DNA of 59,535 nt, counting the filler. It is 6 parts of 6 records of this genome, joined end to end, with 100 filler letters (N's around TTAATTAATTAA, not from the genome) between each part and the next. Parts side by side here need not be neighbours in the genome. Positions count along the whole stretch, not along the records: positions 36,704 to 46,918 come from SRR2962707_4538; positions 47,019 to 52,507 come from SRR2962707_4540; 4 more parts are not named here. The stretch is one strand, 5' to 3'. Both the position numbers and the translations under genes were made by a program. This document shows, piece by piece, positions 41,223-51,425 of this stretch (positions are counted from its first letter, which is position 1; each line of letters starts with the position of its first letter). The notes under the pieces were generated by a model. The model searched no databases. It was not told the DNA's origin and was given only the letters and a program-made list of their open reading frames with translations.

Positions 41223-41482
41223 GAAGTACCCTTTCGGATCGGGGCAGGGGCGTGGTGTGCCGCACCGACCTGCCTTATGATGTCCTTCTGCCCGAAGTGC
41301 GCCCCATCCCGTCGCAGGCGTTCCGGCCATCCTCAGGCTGCCGCAAAGGTATTGAAATAAGAGTTAACGCGGCGCCCGCAGCTGGGTAAGGGTTAATTTT
41401 CTGCATTGCAGCGACTCAAGCCTTGATCTTTTTGCAAGAAAATGAACAAGATTACGCAACAATATTCCGTTAGGAGGTTTCC

Positions 41483-42340
41483 ATGGAAATGCGCGGCCGC
41501 CTTTTCCGTTCGGTGCTCTATATCCCGGCGTCCAAAGAGCGTGCGCTGGACAAGGCGCGTAAATTGCCTGTGGACGCCATCATCTTTGATCTCGAAGATG
41601 CGGTGGCACCGGATGAAAAGATTAAGGCGCGGGAAATCCTTGCTGGGGCTTTGGCGCAAGGCGGCTTTGGTCACCGGGTAAAAATCGTGCGGATCAACGG
41701 ATTTGATACGGAATGGGGGCAGGACGATGCCAGGGCTGTCGCTGAAATGGATTGCGACGCGGTGTTGCTGCCAAAGGTCGACAGTCCCGCGCAACTTGAC
41801 GCGCTGGCCGCGATTGCCGGCCAACGTGACCTTTGGGCGATGATGGAAACAGCGCGCGGCATACTGAATGCTGTCGCCATTGCGGCACATCCAAAATTGC
41901 GTGGTATGGTGATGGGCACTAACGACCTTGCCCGCGAAATAAGCAGCCGTAGCGACCCTAGTCGCACCGCGATGATGCCCGCGCTGGGATTGTGCCTTTT
42001 GGCCGCTAAGGCCGAAGGCATCGTGATCATCGACGGTGTCTACAATGCCTACAAGGATGAAGAAGGGCTGCGCATCGAATCCTCGCATGGGCGGGACATG
42101 GGTTTTGACGGCAAGACGCTGATCCACCCCGCGCAGATCGACATGGTCAACGCTGCCTTTGCCCCGAGCGAGGCAGAACTGGACCTTGCCCGGCGTCATA
42201 TCGCCGCGTTCGACGCGGCGCAGGCGCAGGGACAAGGGGTTGCAGTGGTCGATGGGCGCATCGTGGAAAACCTGCACGTTGCCACGGCACAGGAAGTTCT
42301 GTCAAAAGCGCAGGCAATTGAAAGAATTGCAGCGGAGTAA
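41483..42340 (+). CDS. mcl2: (3S)-malyl-CoA thioesterase (CitE/HpcH family)
   Basis: RSVLYIP, FDLEDAV, WAMMET, MGTNDL, GFDGKTLIHP and VENLH; matches Rhodobacter Mcl2 as recalled; near mch. Confidence 0.82.
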   Translation: MEMRGRLFRSVLYIPASKERALDKARKLPVDAIIFDLEDAVAPDEKIKAREILAGALAQGGFGHRVKIVRINGFDTEWGQDDARAVAEMDCDAVLLPKVDSPAQLDALAAIAGQRDLWAMMETARGILNAVAIAAHPKLRGMVMGTNDLAREISSRSDPSRTAMMPALGLCLLAAKAEGIVIIDGVYNAYKDEEGLRIESSHGRDMGFDGKTLIHPAQIDMVNAAFAPSEAELDLARRHIAAFDAAQAQGQGVAVVDGRIVENLHVATAQEVLSKAQAIERIAAE

Positions 42341-42343
42341 ATC

Positions 42344-42889
42344 ATGCCATTCCTCGTACTGGGCCTTCTCCTCTGGGTTGGCGCACATATTTTTAAACGA
42401 ACCGCCCCCGAACAGCGCGCCGGTCTGGGCAATTCGGGCAAGGGCCTTATCGCTTTTTTGATCGTGGCCGGTCTGGTGCTGATCATACTTGGCTATCGCG
42501 CCGCCCCCTTTGTGCCCGTGTGGACCCCGCCGTCCTTTATGGTGCACATCAATAACCTGATGATGCTGATCGCCGTCTTCCTTTATGGAGTGAGCGCGAC
42601 GACCGGCCGCCTGCGTGGCAAATTGCGCCATCCGCAACTGTTAGCAGTCAGTATTTGGGCGGTGGCACACCTGCTGGTGAATGGCGATCTTGCCTCGATC
42701 ATGTTGTTTGGCACCATGTTGATCTGGGCGATTGCAGAAATGCGGTTGATCAATCGCGCCGGCCCGTGGAATCGCCCGGAACCGGGTACTGCGAAAAAGG
42801 ACATTCTTCTGGTCGTTATCACGGTGGTCATGTTTATAGTGATCACCGGGATCCACACATGGCTCGGCGTCTCGCCGTTTCCGGGGTAA
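42344..42889 (+). CDS. NnrU-family membrane protein
   Basis: RHPQL...WAVAHLLVNGD. Confidence 0.85.
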   Translation: MPFLVLGLLLWVGAHIFKRTAPEQRAGLGNSGKGLIAFLIVAGLVLIILGYRAAPFVPVWTPPSFMVHINNLMMLIAVFLYGVSATTGRLRGKLRHPQLLAVSIWAVAHLLVNGDLASIMLFGTMLIWAIAEMRLINRAGPWNRPEPGTAKKDILLVVITVVMFIVITGIHTWLGVSPFPG

Positions 42890-42893
42890 CGCG

Positions 42894-43097
42894 ATGAAAC
42901 TTTACCGATTTCTAAGCGAAGACGATACATCGGCCTTTTGCCACAAGGTGACAGCCGCATTGAACAAGGGGTGGGCGTTGCATGGCGCGCCCACCTATGC
43001 CTTTGATGCGGCCAATGGCGTGATGCGTTGTGGCCAGGCCGTGACCAAAGAGGTGCCCGGCGACTATACGCCCGACACGAAGTTGGGAGAGCGGTGA
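42894..43097 (+). CDS. DUF1737-like small protein
   Basis: YRFLS.DD.SAFCHKVT.AL..GW.L.G.P...CGQAV.K. Confidence 0.8.
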   Translation: MKLYRFLSEDDTSAFCHKVTAALNKGWALHGAPTYAFDAANGVMRCGQAVTKEVPGDYTPDTKLGER

Positions 43098-44141
43098 ATG
43101 CTGAAGGCGGCGCAGAAAACAAATGCTGGCCGTTTCTTCGAAGATTACAGCATCGGTCAGGTCATTCATCATGCCGTACCCCGCACGGTCGGCACAGGCG
43201 AACGGGCGATGTATCACGCCCTGTATCCGGCGCGGCACGCCCTGTTTTCGTCTGATACGTTTGCGCAGTCTTGCGGGTTGGGCGCCAGCCCACTGGATGA
43301 TCTGCTCGCCTTTCATGTGGTGTTTGGCAAAACGGTTCCAGATGTGTCTCTGAACGCCCGCGCCAATCTGGGTTATGCCGAGGGAAAATGGTTAAAACCC
43401 GTCTGGCCCGGCGACACACTGCGCGCCAGATCCGAGGTGATTGGACTCAAGCAAAATTCGAACGGTCAGACCGGGGTGGTCTGGGTGCGCTCTCGCGGGC
43501 TCAACCAACACGACGAGACAGTGCTGGAATTTGTCCGCTGGGTCATGGTCAAAAAGCGTGATCCCGAGACCCCGGCACCCGAAACGGTAGTGCCTCATTT
43601 GGCTGATGTTCTGGACCCGGCAGATTTGATCGTGCCCGAAGGCCTTGATTTCACTTGTTATGACGACGCGCTGGCCGGGGAGCCGCATCGCATAGGCGAT
43701 TACGTTCGGGGTGAAACAATTGACCATGTGGGCGGCGTGACGATCGAAGAGGCCGAGCACATGATGGCGACCCGCTTGTGGCAGAACACCGCCAAGACGC
43801 ACTTTGACGGCACGGTGCGCGAGGACGGTGCGCGGCTGATCTATGGTGGCCATGTTATATCGATGGCGCGGACACTGTCGTTTAATGGTCTGGCCAACGC
43901 CCAGATGATCGTGGGTTTAAACGGCGGCAGTCACGCCAATCCCTGTTTTGCCGGGGATACTGTGCGTGCATGGTCCGAAGTGCTCGACACTGCAGAAACA
44001 ACTGCCCCCGGTGTAGGGGCAATCCGATTGCGTCTGGTCGCGACCAAAGGTGGTGCCTCGTTCACGCTCCGGGACGACAACGGCAAATATCTGCCTCATG
44101 TCTTGCTGGATCTAGACTATTGGGCGCTGATGCCGGTCTGA
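43098..44141 (+). CDS. mch: Mesaconyl-CoA hydratase (double MaoC)
   Basis: KTNAGRFFEDY, FGKTVPDVS.NA.ANLGYA, QNTAK.HFD and IYGGH. Confidence 0.9.
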   Translation: MLKAAQKTNAGRFFEDYSIGQVIHHAVPRTVGTGERAMYHALYPARHALFSSDTFAQSCGLGASPLDDLLAFHVVFGKTVPDVSLNARANLGYAEGKWLKPVWPGDTLRARSEVIGLKQNSNGQTGVVWVRSRGLNQHDETVLEFVRWVMVKKRDPETPAPETVVPHLADVLDPADLIVPEGLDFTCYDDALAGEPHRIGDYVRGETIDHVGGVTIEEAEHMMATRLWQNTAKTHFDGTVREDGARLIYGGHVISMARTLSFNGLANAQMIVGLNGGSHANPCFAGDTVRAWSEVLDTAETTAPGVGAIRLRLVATKGGASFTLRDDNGKYLPHVLLDLDYWALMPV

Positions 44142-44358
44142 CGATGTGGGGCGGGGCGACCTAACGCGTTTGAAGCCCGTTTGGGTACGGCAAGAGCCCT
44201 GGAAATTCTGGTCGCGGCCCGTCTGACTTTAAACGCGGCGCGCAAAGTTGAGTAGGGCCACGTTAAGCCTTCCTACGGTATCCACAGTAAGATGCCAAAC
44301 AGACGCTGAAACGCCCTTGGCGGTCGGTACACTCTTGTTGGGTCCCAAGGCAAACGCA

Positions 44359-44393
44359 TTTGTGATCACACTATTCCGCGTGTGATCACGAAA
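44359..44393. promoter_or_regulatory. Tandem GTGATCAC operator-like element upstream of sdhC
   Basis: tttGTGATCAC-N12-GTGATCACgaaa. Confidence 0.65.
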
Positions 44394-44505
44394 CGTTGGC
44401 AATTGCGGCATTTAATGTAAAAAACGCCGTCCTGCGATGGCTGATCTGATGACAGCGCGTGAAAATAGGTTAGAACAACTGCAAGGAACCGAAAAGGACA
44501 GACAC

Positions 44506-44889
44506 ATGGCCGACGTGAACCGGGGCAATCGCCCGCTGTCACCGCACCTTACCATTTATGCCCCGCAATTGACGTCCATGACGTCGATCATGACCAGGAT
44601 CACCGGCAATGCCTTGATCGTCGGGATGATCCTGATCGTCTGGTGGTTGCTTGCCGCCGCGACTGGTGCCGATTCATTCGCAACGGCGGATGCGATACTG
44701 ACCAGCTGGTTCGGCGATCTGGTCATGTTTCTATCACTCTGGGCGCTGTGGTATCACACGTTGGCCGGTGTGCGGCACCTGATCTGGGATCAGGCGAAAG
44801 GTCTCGACCTCGATACCGCTTACAAGCTTGGTTACGCCGTGATCGGTGGATCGGTGATCCTAACCATCCTCACCGTCATCGTTATCTGA
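44506..44889 (+). CDS. sdhC: Succinate dehydrogenase cytochrome b556 subunit
   Basis: RPLSPHL.IY and H...GVRHL.WD; RBS AAGGA. Confidence 0.95.
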   Translation: MADVNRGNRPLSPHLTIYAPQLTSMTSIMTRITGNALIVGMILIVWWLLAAATGADSFATADAILTSWFGDLVMFLSLWALWYHTLAGVRHLIWDQAKGLDLDTAYKLGYAVIGGSVILTILTVIVI

Positions 44890-44900
44890 AGGAACGTAAC

Positions 44901-45272
44901 ATGGCTTTTTTAACCGACCGCAAGCGCGCAATTGGCTGGGGCTCTGCTAAGTCCGGAACCCAGCATTTCTGGTCCATGACCCTGTCTGCCGTGGCATTGC
45001 TGATCCTGATCCCGCTGTTCATCTTTACCTTCGGTGCTATCTTGGGCTCTTCTTACGAAGAGGTGACCGCCTATTATTCGCGGCCCTTCCCGGCGATCGT
45101 GGCGGCGCTGACCATTTTGGTGTCCTTTAAGCACTTCAATGGTGGTTTCCAGACAATGATCGAGGATTACGTCCACGGTCCGATGGGAAAAGTCTGCATC
45201 ATCGGCATGACAATCCTATCCTACGGCGCCGCCGCGACAGGCCTTTTCGCCATCGCCCGCCTGGCCCTTTGA
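44901..45272 (+). CDS. sdhD: Succinate dehydrogenase membrane anchor
   Basis: GSAKSGTQHFW and H..GG.Q..IEDYVH. Confidence 0.93.
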   Translation: MAFLTDRKRAIGWGSAKSGTQHFWSMTLSAVALLILIPLFIFTFGAILGSSYEEVTAYYSRPFPAIVAALTILVSFKHFNGGFQTMIEDYVHGPMGKVCIIGMTILSYGAAATGLFAIARLAL

Positions 45273-45295
45273 ACGCACACCGGAGCATCAGATAA

Positions 45296-46918
45296 ATGGC
45301 TGCATACGAATACGAGACGCATGATTATGACGTCGTGGTTGTTGGCGCCGGCGGCGCGGGCCTTCGCGCGACCCTCGGCATGGCCGAACAGGGGTTGCGC
45401 ACTGCCTGTGTGACCAAGGTTTTCCCGACCCGGTCGCACACTGTTGCCGCACAGGGCGGCATCGCTGCATCACTGTCCAACATGGGCCCAGACCACTGGC
45501 AGTGGCACATGTACGATACGGTCAAAGGTTCAGACTGGCTGGGCGACACGGATGCAATGGAATACCTTGCCCGCGAAGCACCCAAGGCGGTTTACGAGCT
45601 GGAACACTACGGCGTGCCGTTTTCGCGCACCGAAGAGGGAAAGATTTATCAGCGCCCCTTTGGCGGCCACACTACCGAGTTTGGTGAGGGGCCCGCGGTA
45701 CAGCGCACCTGTGCCGCTGCCGATCGCACCGGCCACGCGATCCTGCATACTCTCTATGGTCAGAGCCTGAAGCAGAAAGCCGAATTTTACATCGAATATT
45801 TCGCCATCGACCTGATCATGACAGACGGGGCCTGCACCGGCGTTGTCTGCTGGAAACTGGACGACGGCACGATGCATGTCTTCAACGCCAAGACCGTGGT
45901 GCTGGCGACCGGTGGTTATGGTCGTGCGTATTTTAGCGCGACATCGGCCCACACCTGCACAGGTGACGGCGGCGGCATGGTCGCGCGCGCGGGTCTGCCG
46001 CTTCAGGATATGGAATTTGTGCAGTTCCACCCGACTGGCATCTACGGCGCCGGCTGTCTGATCACCGAAGGGGCACGTGGCGAGGGCGGATACCTCACCA
46101 ACTCCGAAGGCGAGCGGTTCATGGAGCGCTATGCGCCCAACTACAAGGATCTCGCGCCGCGTGATTACGTTTCGCGCTGCATGACAATGGAGATTCGCGA
46201 AGGTCGGGGCGTTGGCAAGGATGGGGACCACATCCACCTGAACCTGTCCCACCTGCCTAAAGAGGCGCTTCACCTGCGTTTGCCGGGCATTTCCGAATCC
46301 GCACGCATTTTTGCGGGTGTGGACGTCACGAAGGAGCCGATCCCGGTTATCCCGACCGTACATTACAACATGGGCGGCATTCCAACAAACTACTGGGGCG
46401 AGGTGCTGAACCCGACTGAAGGCGATGCCAATGCTGTAGTCCCGGGCCTGATGGCTGTGGGCGAGGCGGGCTGTGCAAGCGTGCATGGTGCCAACCGGCT
46501 GGGGTCAAATTCGCTGATCGACCTTGTCGTCTTTGGTCGGGCTGCTGCGATCCGCGCTGGCAAGGTTGTGGACCGCGATGCCGCTGTGCCGTCCACCAAC
46601 ACGGCCAGTGTCGAAAAGGCGTTCGACCGGTTCGACGGACTGCGCAACGCTAAAGGTTCTATCAGTACCGCCGATCTGCGGCTTGAGATGCAGAAAACAA
46701 TGCAGCGTGACGCCGCCGTATTCCGTGAATCCGAAACCCTGTCTCATGGCGTTAAAGAGATGACGGCCATCGCGGGCAAGATGGGTGATATCAAGGTTAC
46801 AGATCGCAGCCTTGTATGGAACTCGGACCTGATGGAAACGCTGGAACTGACCAACCTCATGCCGAACGCCCTGGCCACAATCGTTGGTGCCGAGGCGCGC
46901 AAGGAGAGCCGCGGCGCC
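45296..46918 (+). CDS. sdhA: Succinate dehydrogenase flavoprotein, 3'-truncated
   Basis: [27 protein letters not shown] and [11 protein letters not shown]. Confidence 0.98.
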
Positions 46919-47018
46919 NNNNNNNNNNNNNNNNNNNNNNNNNNNNNNNNNNNNNNNNNNNNTTAATTAATTAANNNNNNNNNNNNNNNNNNNNNNNNNN
47001 NNNNNNNNNNNNNNNNNN
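46919..47018. other. Artificial contig spacer
   Basis: N44-TTAATTAATTAA-N44. Confidence 0.99.
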
Positions 47019-47075
47019 GGCGGATCCAACGAGATCCAGAAGAACATCATCGCCAAGGCCATTCTCGGGCTTTAG
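47019..47075 (+). CDS. Acyl-CoA dehydrogenase C-terminal fragment (PimC-like)
   Basis: GGSNEIQKNIIAKAILGL*. Confidence 0.85.
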   Translation, partial: GGSNEIQKNIIAKAILGL

Positions 47076-47154
47076 CACGACAGCATTCAAGGCCCCGGAG
47101 AACGGGGCCCGCAATTCGGCGCCGGCGCGGCCGGCCAGTCGGGAGAACACAAAA

Positions 47155-48309
47155 ATGGATTTTGACCTTTCCGAAGAACAGAGCATGCTCAAGGACAGCG
47201 TCGAGCGCCTGCTCAAGGACCAGTACGATTTTGAAGCACGCGGCAAACATGGTGCGGGCCAGACCGGCTTCAGCGAAAAGATGTGGAAGCAGTATGCCGA
47301 CCTCGGCCTGCTGGCGCTGCCTTTTGCCGAGGAAGACGGCGGCATTGGCGGCGGCGCGACCGAGACGATGATCGTGATGGAAGCGTTCGGCAAGGCGCTG
47401 ATCCTGGAGCCTTTCTTTGCCAGCATCATTCTTTCCGGCGGCGTACTCCGCCATGCGGGAAATGCCGACCAGAAGGCCACTCTCATCCCGGCAATGGCCG
47501 AAGGTGGACTGCGGATGGCTTTTGCCTGCGCCGAACCGCAAGGCCGCTACGACCTATTTGATGTAGAAACGACAGCAAGCAAGGATGGCGACGGCTGGGT
47601 GATCAATGGCAAAAAGGCATTGGTGCTGCATGGCGACAGCGCCGACAAGTTGATCGTCTCAGCCCGGACTGCCGGAAACGTGCGCGATGAGGTCGGCATT
47701 TCGCTTTTCATCGTTGACGCGGATGCTGAAGGCGTGTCGCGCAATGGCTATCCGACACAGGACGGGCTGCGTGCTACGGAGATCACGTTGCAGTCCGTGA
47801 AGGTCGGGCCCGACGCTCTGATCGGCAGCGAGGGAGCGGCCTGGCCGGTGATCTCGCGCGTTTCAGACGAAGCGGTCGCTGCCCTGTGCGCAGAGGCTGT
47901 CGGTTGCTTCGAGAAGATGCACGAGCTGACGCTCGAGTATCTGAAGACCCGCAGCCAGTTCGGCACCACCATCGGATCGTTTCAGGCTTTGCAGCACCGT
48001 GCGGTCGACATGTTCGTCGAGCTCGAACAGTCGCGCTCGATGACGATGTATGCCTCCATGATGGCGACGGGTGACGATGCGGTTGAACGGGCCCGCGCGG
48101 TCTCGGCAGCCAAGGTGCAGATCGGGGAGTCGGCGAAAATCATCGGCCGTGAAGCCGTTCAGCTGCACGGCGGCGTCGGCATGACGATGGAATATGCCAT
48201 CGGGCACTATTTCAAGCGCACCACGATGCTCGACATTCTGTTCGGGGACGCCAACCATCACCTGAAGCGGCTTGCGCAACTCGACGGTCTCATTCGCGAA
48301 GACGCCTGA
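47155..48309 (+). CDS. Acyl-CoA dehydrogenase, PimD-like partner subunit
   Basis: MDFDLSEEQ, R.QFG..IGSFQALQH and QLHGGVGMT.E; follows a PimC-like gene. Confidence 0.88.
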   Translation: MDFDLSEEQSMLKDSVERLLKDQYDFEARGKHGAGQTGFSEKMWKQYADLGLLALPFAEEDGGIGGGATETMIVMEAFGKALILEPFFASIILSGGVLRHAGNADQKATLIPAMAEGGLRMAFACAEPQGRYDLFDVETTASKDGDGWVINGKKALVLHGDSADKLIVSARTAGNVRDEVGISLFIVDADAEGVSRNGYPTQDGLRATEITLQSVKVGPDALIGSEGAAWPVISRVSDEAVAALCAEAVGCFEKMHELTLEYLKTRSQFGTTIGSFQALQHRAVDMFVELEQSRSMTMYASMMATGDDAVERARAVSAAKVQIGESAKIIGREAVQLHGGVGMTMEYAIGHYFKRTTMLDILFGDANHHLKRLAQLDGLIREDA

Positions 48310-48344
48310 GACCAAGAGCCTCCAAACAGGGAAAGGACCACGCC

Positions 48345-49115
48345 ATGAGTGCTTCAATGCCATTTTCGCTTGCAGGCAAGGTCGCCGTCATCACCGGATC
48401 CAGCCGCGGTATCGGCCGTTCGATCGCCGAAACCATGGCGCGGCTTGGTGCAAAGGTTGTCATATCCAGCCGAACGGCGGAGGCCTGCGAACCGGTTGCG
48501 CAAGCCATCCGTGCCGAGGGTGGGGAGGCGGCAGTCATCGCCTGCAACATCTCCCGCAAAGAAGAGATTGAGGGCCTGATCGCCGGTACGGAAAAACTCT
48601 ACGGCGCTCCCGATATCCTGATCTGCAACGCTGCCGTGAACCCGGCTTACGGACCGCTTGGCGAGCTGACCGACGAAGCCTTCGACAAGATCATGGGCTC
48701 GAACGTCAAGAGCAATCTCTGGCTTTGCAACAGGGTGATCCCGGCGATGAAGACCAAGGGAGATGGTGCGATCGTCATCATCTCCTCGATTGCCGGGATG
48801 CGCGGCAATTCGGTGATCGGCGGCTACGGAATTTCCAAGGCGGCCGACTTCGCACTGGCGCGCAATCTGGCAGTCGAACACGGTCCCGACAATGTTCGCA
48901 TCAACTGCATCGCGCCGGGTCTGATCAAAACCGACTTCGCCCGCGCCCTGTGGGAAGACGAGGACAACCTCAAGAAACGTACCCGGACCACGCCGCTAAG
49001 GCGCATCGGCTTGCCTGAGGAAATCGGCCCGGTTGCAGCTTTCCTCGCATCGCCTGCCGCCAGCTTCATCACCGGACAAGTCATCGTCGCTGACGGCGGC
49101 GTCACCATCGCCTGA
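48345..49115 (+). CDS. SDR oxidoreductase (DHRS4-like)
   Basis: TGSSRGIG, NAAVNP, YGISK and PGLIKTDFA. Confidence 0.92.
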   Translation: MSASMPFSLAGKVAVITGSSRGIGRSIAETMARLGAKVVISSRTAEACEPVAQAIRAEGGEAAVIACNISRKEEIEGLIAGTEKLYGAPDILICNAAVNPAYGPLGELTDEAFDKIMGSNVKSNLWLCNRVIPAMKTKGDGAIVIISSIAGMRGNSVIGGYGISKAADFALARNLAVEHGPDNVRINCIAPGLIKTDFARALWEDEDNLKKRTRTTPLRRIGLPEEIGPVAAFLASPAASFITGQVIVADGGVTIA

Positions 49116-49141
49116 GCCCGGCACCCATACGGAGAAACACC

Positions 49142-50191
49142 ATGTCTGACAAAATGCAGAGAATCGTTCTGGCCATGCGCCCCGAAGGTCAGCCCACACC
49201 GGAAAACTTTCGTCTTGAGACGGTGGCGATGCCATCCCCCGGTGATGGCGAAGTGCTGTTGCGGGTTCTCTACATGTCGCTTGATCCCTACATGCGCGGG
49301 CGGATGGACGACGCCAAATCCTACTCGACACCGGTCAAGATCGACGAGCAGATGGGCGGCGGCGCGGTTGGTGAAGTCATCGAAAGCCGCTCGCCGCGGT
49401 TTGCGCCCGGCGACATCGCGATGGGCATGTTCGGCTGGGGCAGTCATGGTGTGGTGTCCGCCAAGGAACTGAGGAAGATCGATGCCAGCGTCGCACCGAT
49501 CTCCACCTCGCTCGGCGTTCTGGGCATGCCGGGTTTCACCGGCTGGTATGGTTTCAACGAAATCGGCAAACCAAAGGCCGGCGAAACGCTGGTCGTGGGC
49601 GCCGCCACCGGTCCGGTTGGCTCGATGGTCGGCCAACTGGCAAAGCAGAAGGGCTTGCGCGCCATTGGCGTTGCAGGTGGGGCTGACAAATGCGCCTATG
49701 CGGTTGAAGAGCTCGGTTTTGATGCCTGCATCGACCATCGCGCAGCAAGCGACGCCAAGGCCCTGCGCAAGTCACTGTCCGAAGTCTGCCCGGACGGAAT
49801 CGATATATACTTCGAGAATGTTGCCGGGATGACGCTCGAAGCAGTGATGCCGATGATGAATGTCGGCGGCCGGATTCCGCTGTGCGGGATGATCGCCTGG
49901 TACAATGCGGGCGCGCTCGGCGCCGGAGAAACGACAGGCCCGGACCGCTTGCCAAAGGCCTGGCGGACAATCCTCGTCAACCGCCTGACGGTGGGCGGCT
50001 TCATCATATCCGACCATTTCGACCGCTTTGGCGACTTCCTGTCAGAGGTCGGCCCGCTGGTTGGAAGCGGCAAGATTGTCTACCGCGAAGATGTGATCGA
50101 AGGGCTGGAAAACGCGCCCGAGGCGTTCATTCGCATGCTCGGCGGCAAGAATTTCGGCAAGACACTGGTGAAGGTCGGCGACGCCGGCTGA
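49142..50191 (+). CDS. NADP-dependent MDR oxidoreductase (CurA/PTGR-like ene reductase)
   Basis: SLDPYMRGRM, LGMPG.T, AATGPVG, DIYFENV and GKNFGK. Confidence 0.92.
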   Translation: MSDKMQRIVLAMRPEGQPTPENFRLETVAMPSPGDGEVLLRVLYMSLDPYMRGRMDDAKSYSTPVKIDEQMGGGAVGEVIESRSPRFAPGDIAMGMFGWGSHGVVSAKELRKIDASVAPISTSLGVLGMPGFTGWYGFNEIGKPKAGETLVVGAATGPVGSMVGQLAKQKGLRAIGVAGGADKCAYAVEELGFDACIDHRAASDAKALRKSLSEVCPDGIDIYFENVAGMTLEAVMPMMNVGGRIPLCGMIAWYNAGALGAGETTGPDRLPKAWRTILVNRLTVGGFIISDHFDRFGDFLSEVGPLVGSGKIVYREDVIEGLENAPEAFIRMLGGKNFGKTLVKVGDAG

Positions 50192-50216
50192 TTGCCCCCT
50201 GAGATAACATCAAAAG

Positions 50217-50250
50217 CCGGCCCTGAAACACGAGAACGCTTCAGGGCCGG
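50217..50250. terminator. Stem-loop between convergent genes
   Basis: ccggccctgaa-N12-ttcagggccgg. Confidence 0.55.
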
Positions 50251-50293
50251 TGTCATTGGGGCCATTCAGCCGGGCGCGGCCGTTGGTGCGTAA

Positions 50294-50623
50294 TCAATGC
50301 GTGGCCGATGTCGACAGTAGATTGAGGACAAGCACGCCGGTAACAATCAGACCGATGCCGAGATAGGCGTACAGATCCAATTTCTGGCCGAGCAGAACCA
50401 CACCGATGAAGGTGACCAGGGCCACGCCGGCGCCCGACCAGACCGCATAGGCAATACCCACGGGGATGGTCTTGAGAATGATCGCAAGAATATAGAGCGA
50501 AATGGCGTAACCGATAATGGAGATGCTTCCGTAGCCCCATTTGGTGAAGCCATCGGAGGCCTTGAGCGCTGTGGTGGCGATGACTTCGCCGATGATGGCA
50601 ATACCAAGAAACAGCCATGGCAT
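50294..50623 (-). CDS. SMR-family efflux transporter (EmrE/QacE-like)
   Basis: 109 aa with 4 TM; TM1 Glu in IGEVIAT; K.S.GF and [20 protein letters not shown]. Confidence 0.93.
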   Translation of the reverse strand: MPWLFLGIAIIGEVIATTALKASDGFTKWGYGSISIIGYAISLYILAIILKTIPVGIAYAVWSGAGVALVTFIGVVLLGQKLDLYAYLGIGLIVTGVLVLNLLSTSATH

Positions 50624-50624
50624 G

Positions 50625-51227
50625 TCATTGCCCTCCTTTGTCGGGATGTGGATTTGGGATCGTGTGACCAGTGTCGATGGTTTCAAGAAACTGCAGGATG
50701 TCGCGGCGTGTGGACGGATCTGAATCCGGTCCGCCGCCAAGATCCGACAGCCAAAGTCCATCAGCCGCCAGACGCAGGGTACGGGCCATCGGCGACATAT
50801 CAGTGATCTGATGTGCTTGCAGCCGCTCGTCGACCCAACTGTTCCAGCGAGCACAAAAGTGCGGATTGGAACTGAGCATCAGGATCAGCACCGCAAGGCG
50901 CTTTTCCGCAGGCACCGACATGTCTATGGTGGCGATGACTTGCAGATAGGCCCTCGAGAACCGCGCCTGTCTGGTTTCGTCCCGGTCAATGACCGCGTCC
51001 ACCTGGCCGTCGAACCAATCAACCACCATGTCGAACAGGCCGCCGATCAGCGCATCTTTTCCACTGTAGTGATGAAGCAGGCCGCCTTTGCTGACTCCGG
51101 CCTCCCGCGCCACGTTTTCCAGCGTCAGCGCCGGCAGTCCGTGGTCAACAATCAGCTCGGCCGCACAGTCCAAGAGCTTGAGCCTCAGGGCTGCCGGGTT
51201 GTTCTTGCGTTGAGGCTTGGTCATCAT
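50625..51227 (-). CDS. TetR-family regulator
   Basis: [25 protein letters not shown] and RLAADGLW. Start uncertain (51224/51227/51233). Confidence 0.92.
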   Translation of the reverse strand: MMTKPQRKNNPAALRLKLLDCAAELIVDHGLPALTLENVAREAGVSKGGLLHHYSGKDALIGGLFDMVVDWFDGQVDAVIDRDETRQARFSRAYLQVIATIDMSVPAEKRLAVLILMLSSNPHFCARWNSWVDERLQAHQITDMSPMARTLRLAADGLWLSDLGGGPDSDPSTRRDILQFLETIDTGHTIPNPHPDKGGQ

Positions 51228-51238
51228 CGACAAAACAT

Positions 51239-51252
51239 ACCGTCTGGACGGT
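51239..51252. promoter_or_regulatory. Probable TetR operator
   Basis: Palindrome ACCGTC-TG-GACGGT immediately upstream of the tetR start. Confidence 0.75.
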
Positions 51253-51390
51253 TTTTATGAAAGTGTTTCCTGCATACCGGATTCAACTTCTGGTTTTTTC
51301 GCTCATTTATGGGACGATTATACGACTATTCCAGCTTTGAATCGCCTTTCAGCCTATTGACTTGGCTTTACGCCCCCCGTTACCTTCTAT

Positions 51391-51401
51391 TTGTCCAACA
51401 A
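51391..51401. promoter_or_regulatory. Probable GntR/FadR operator
   Basis: TTGT-cca-ACAA fits the FadR-subfamily TNGT-N3-ACNA pattern; it lies just downstream of a TTGACT-N18-TACCTT promoter. Confidence 0.55.
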
Positions 51402-51425
51402 TTGGAAATGCACATTTTGACTGAA

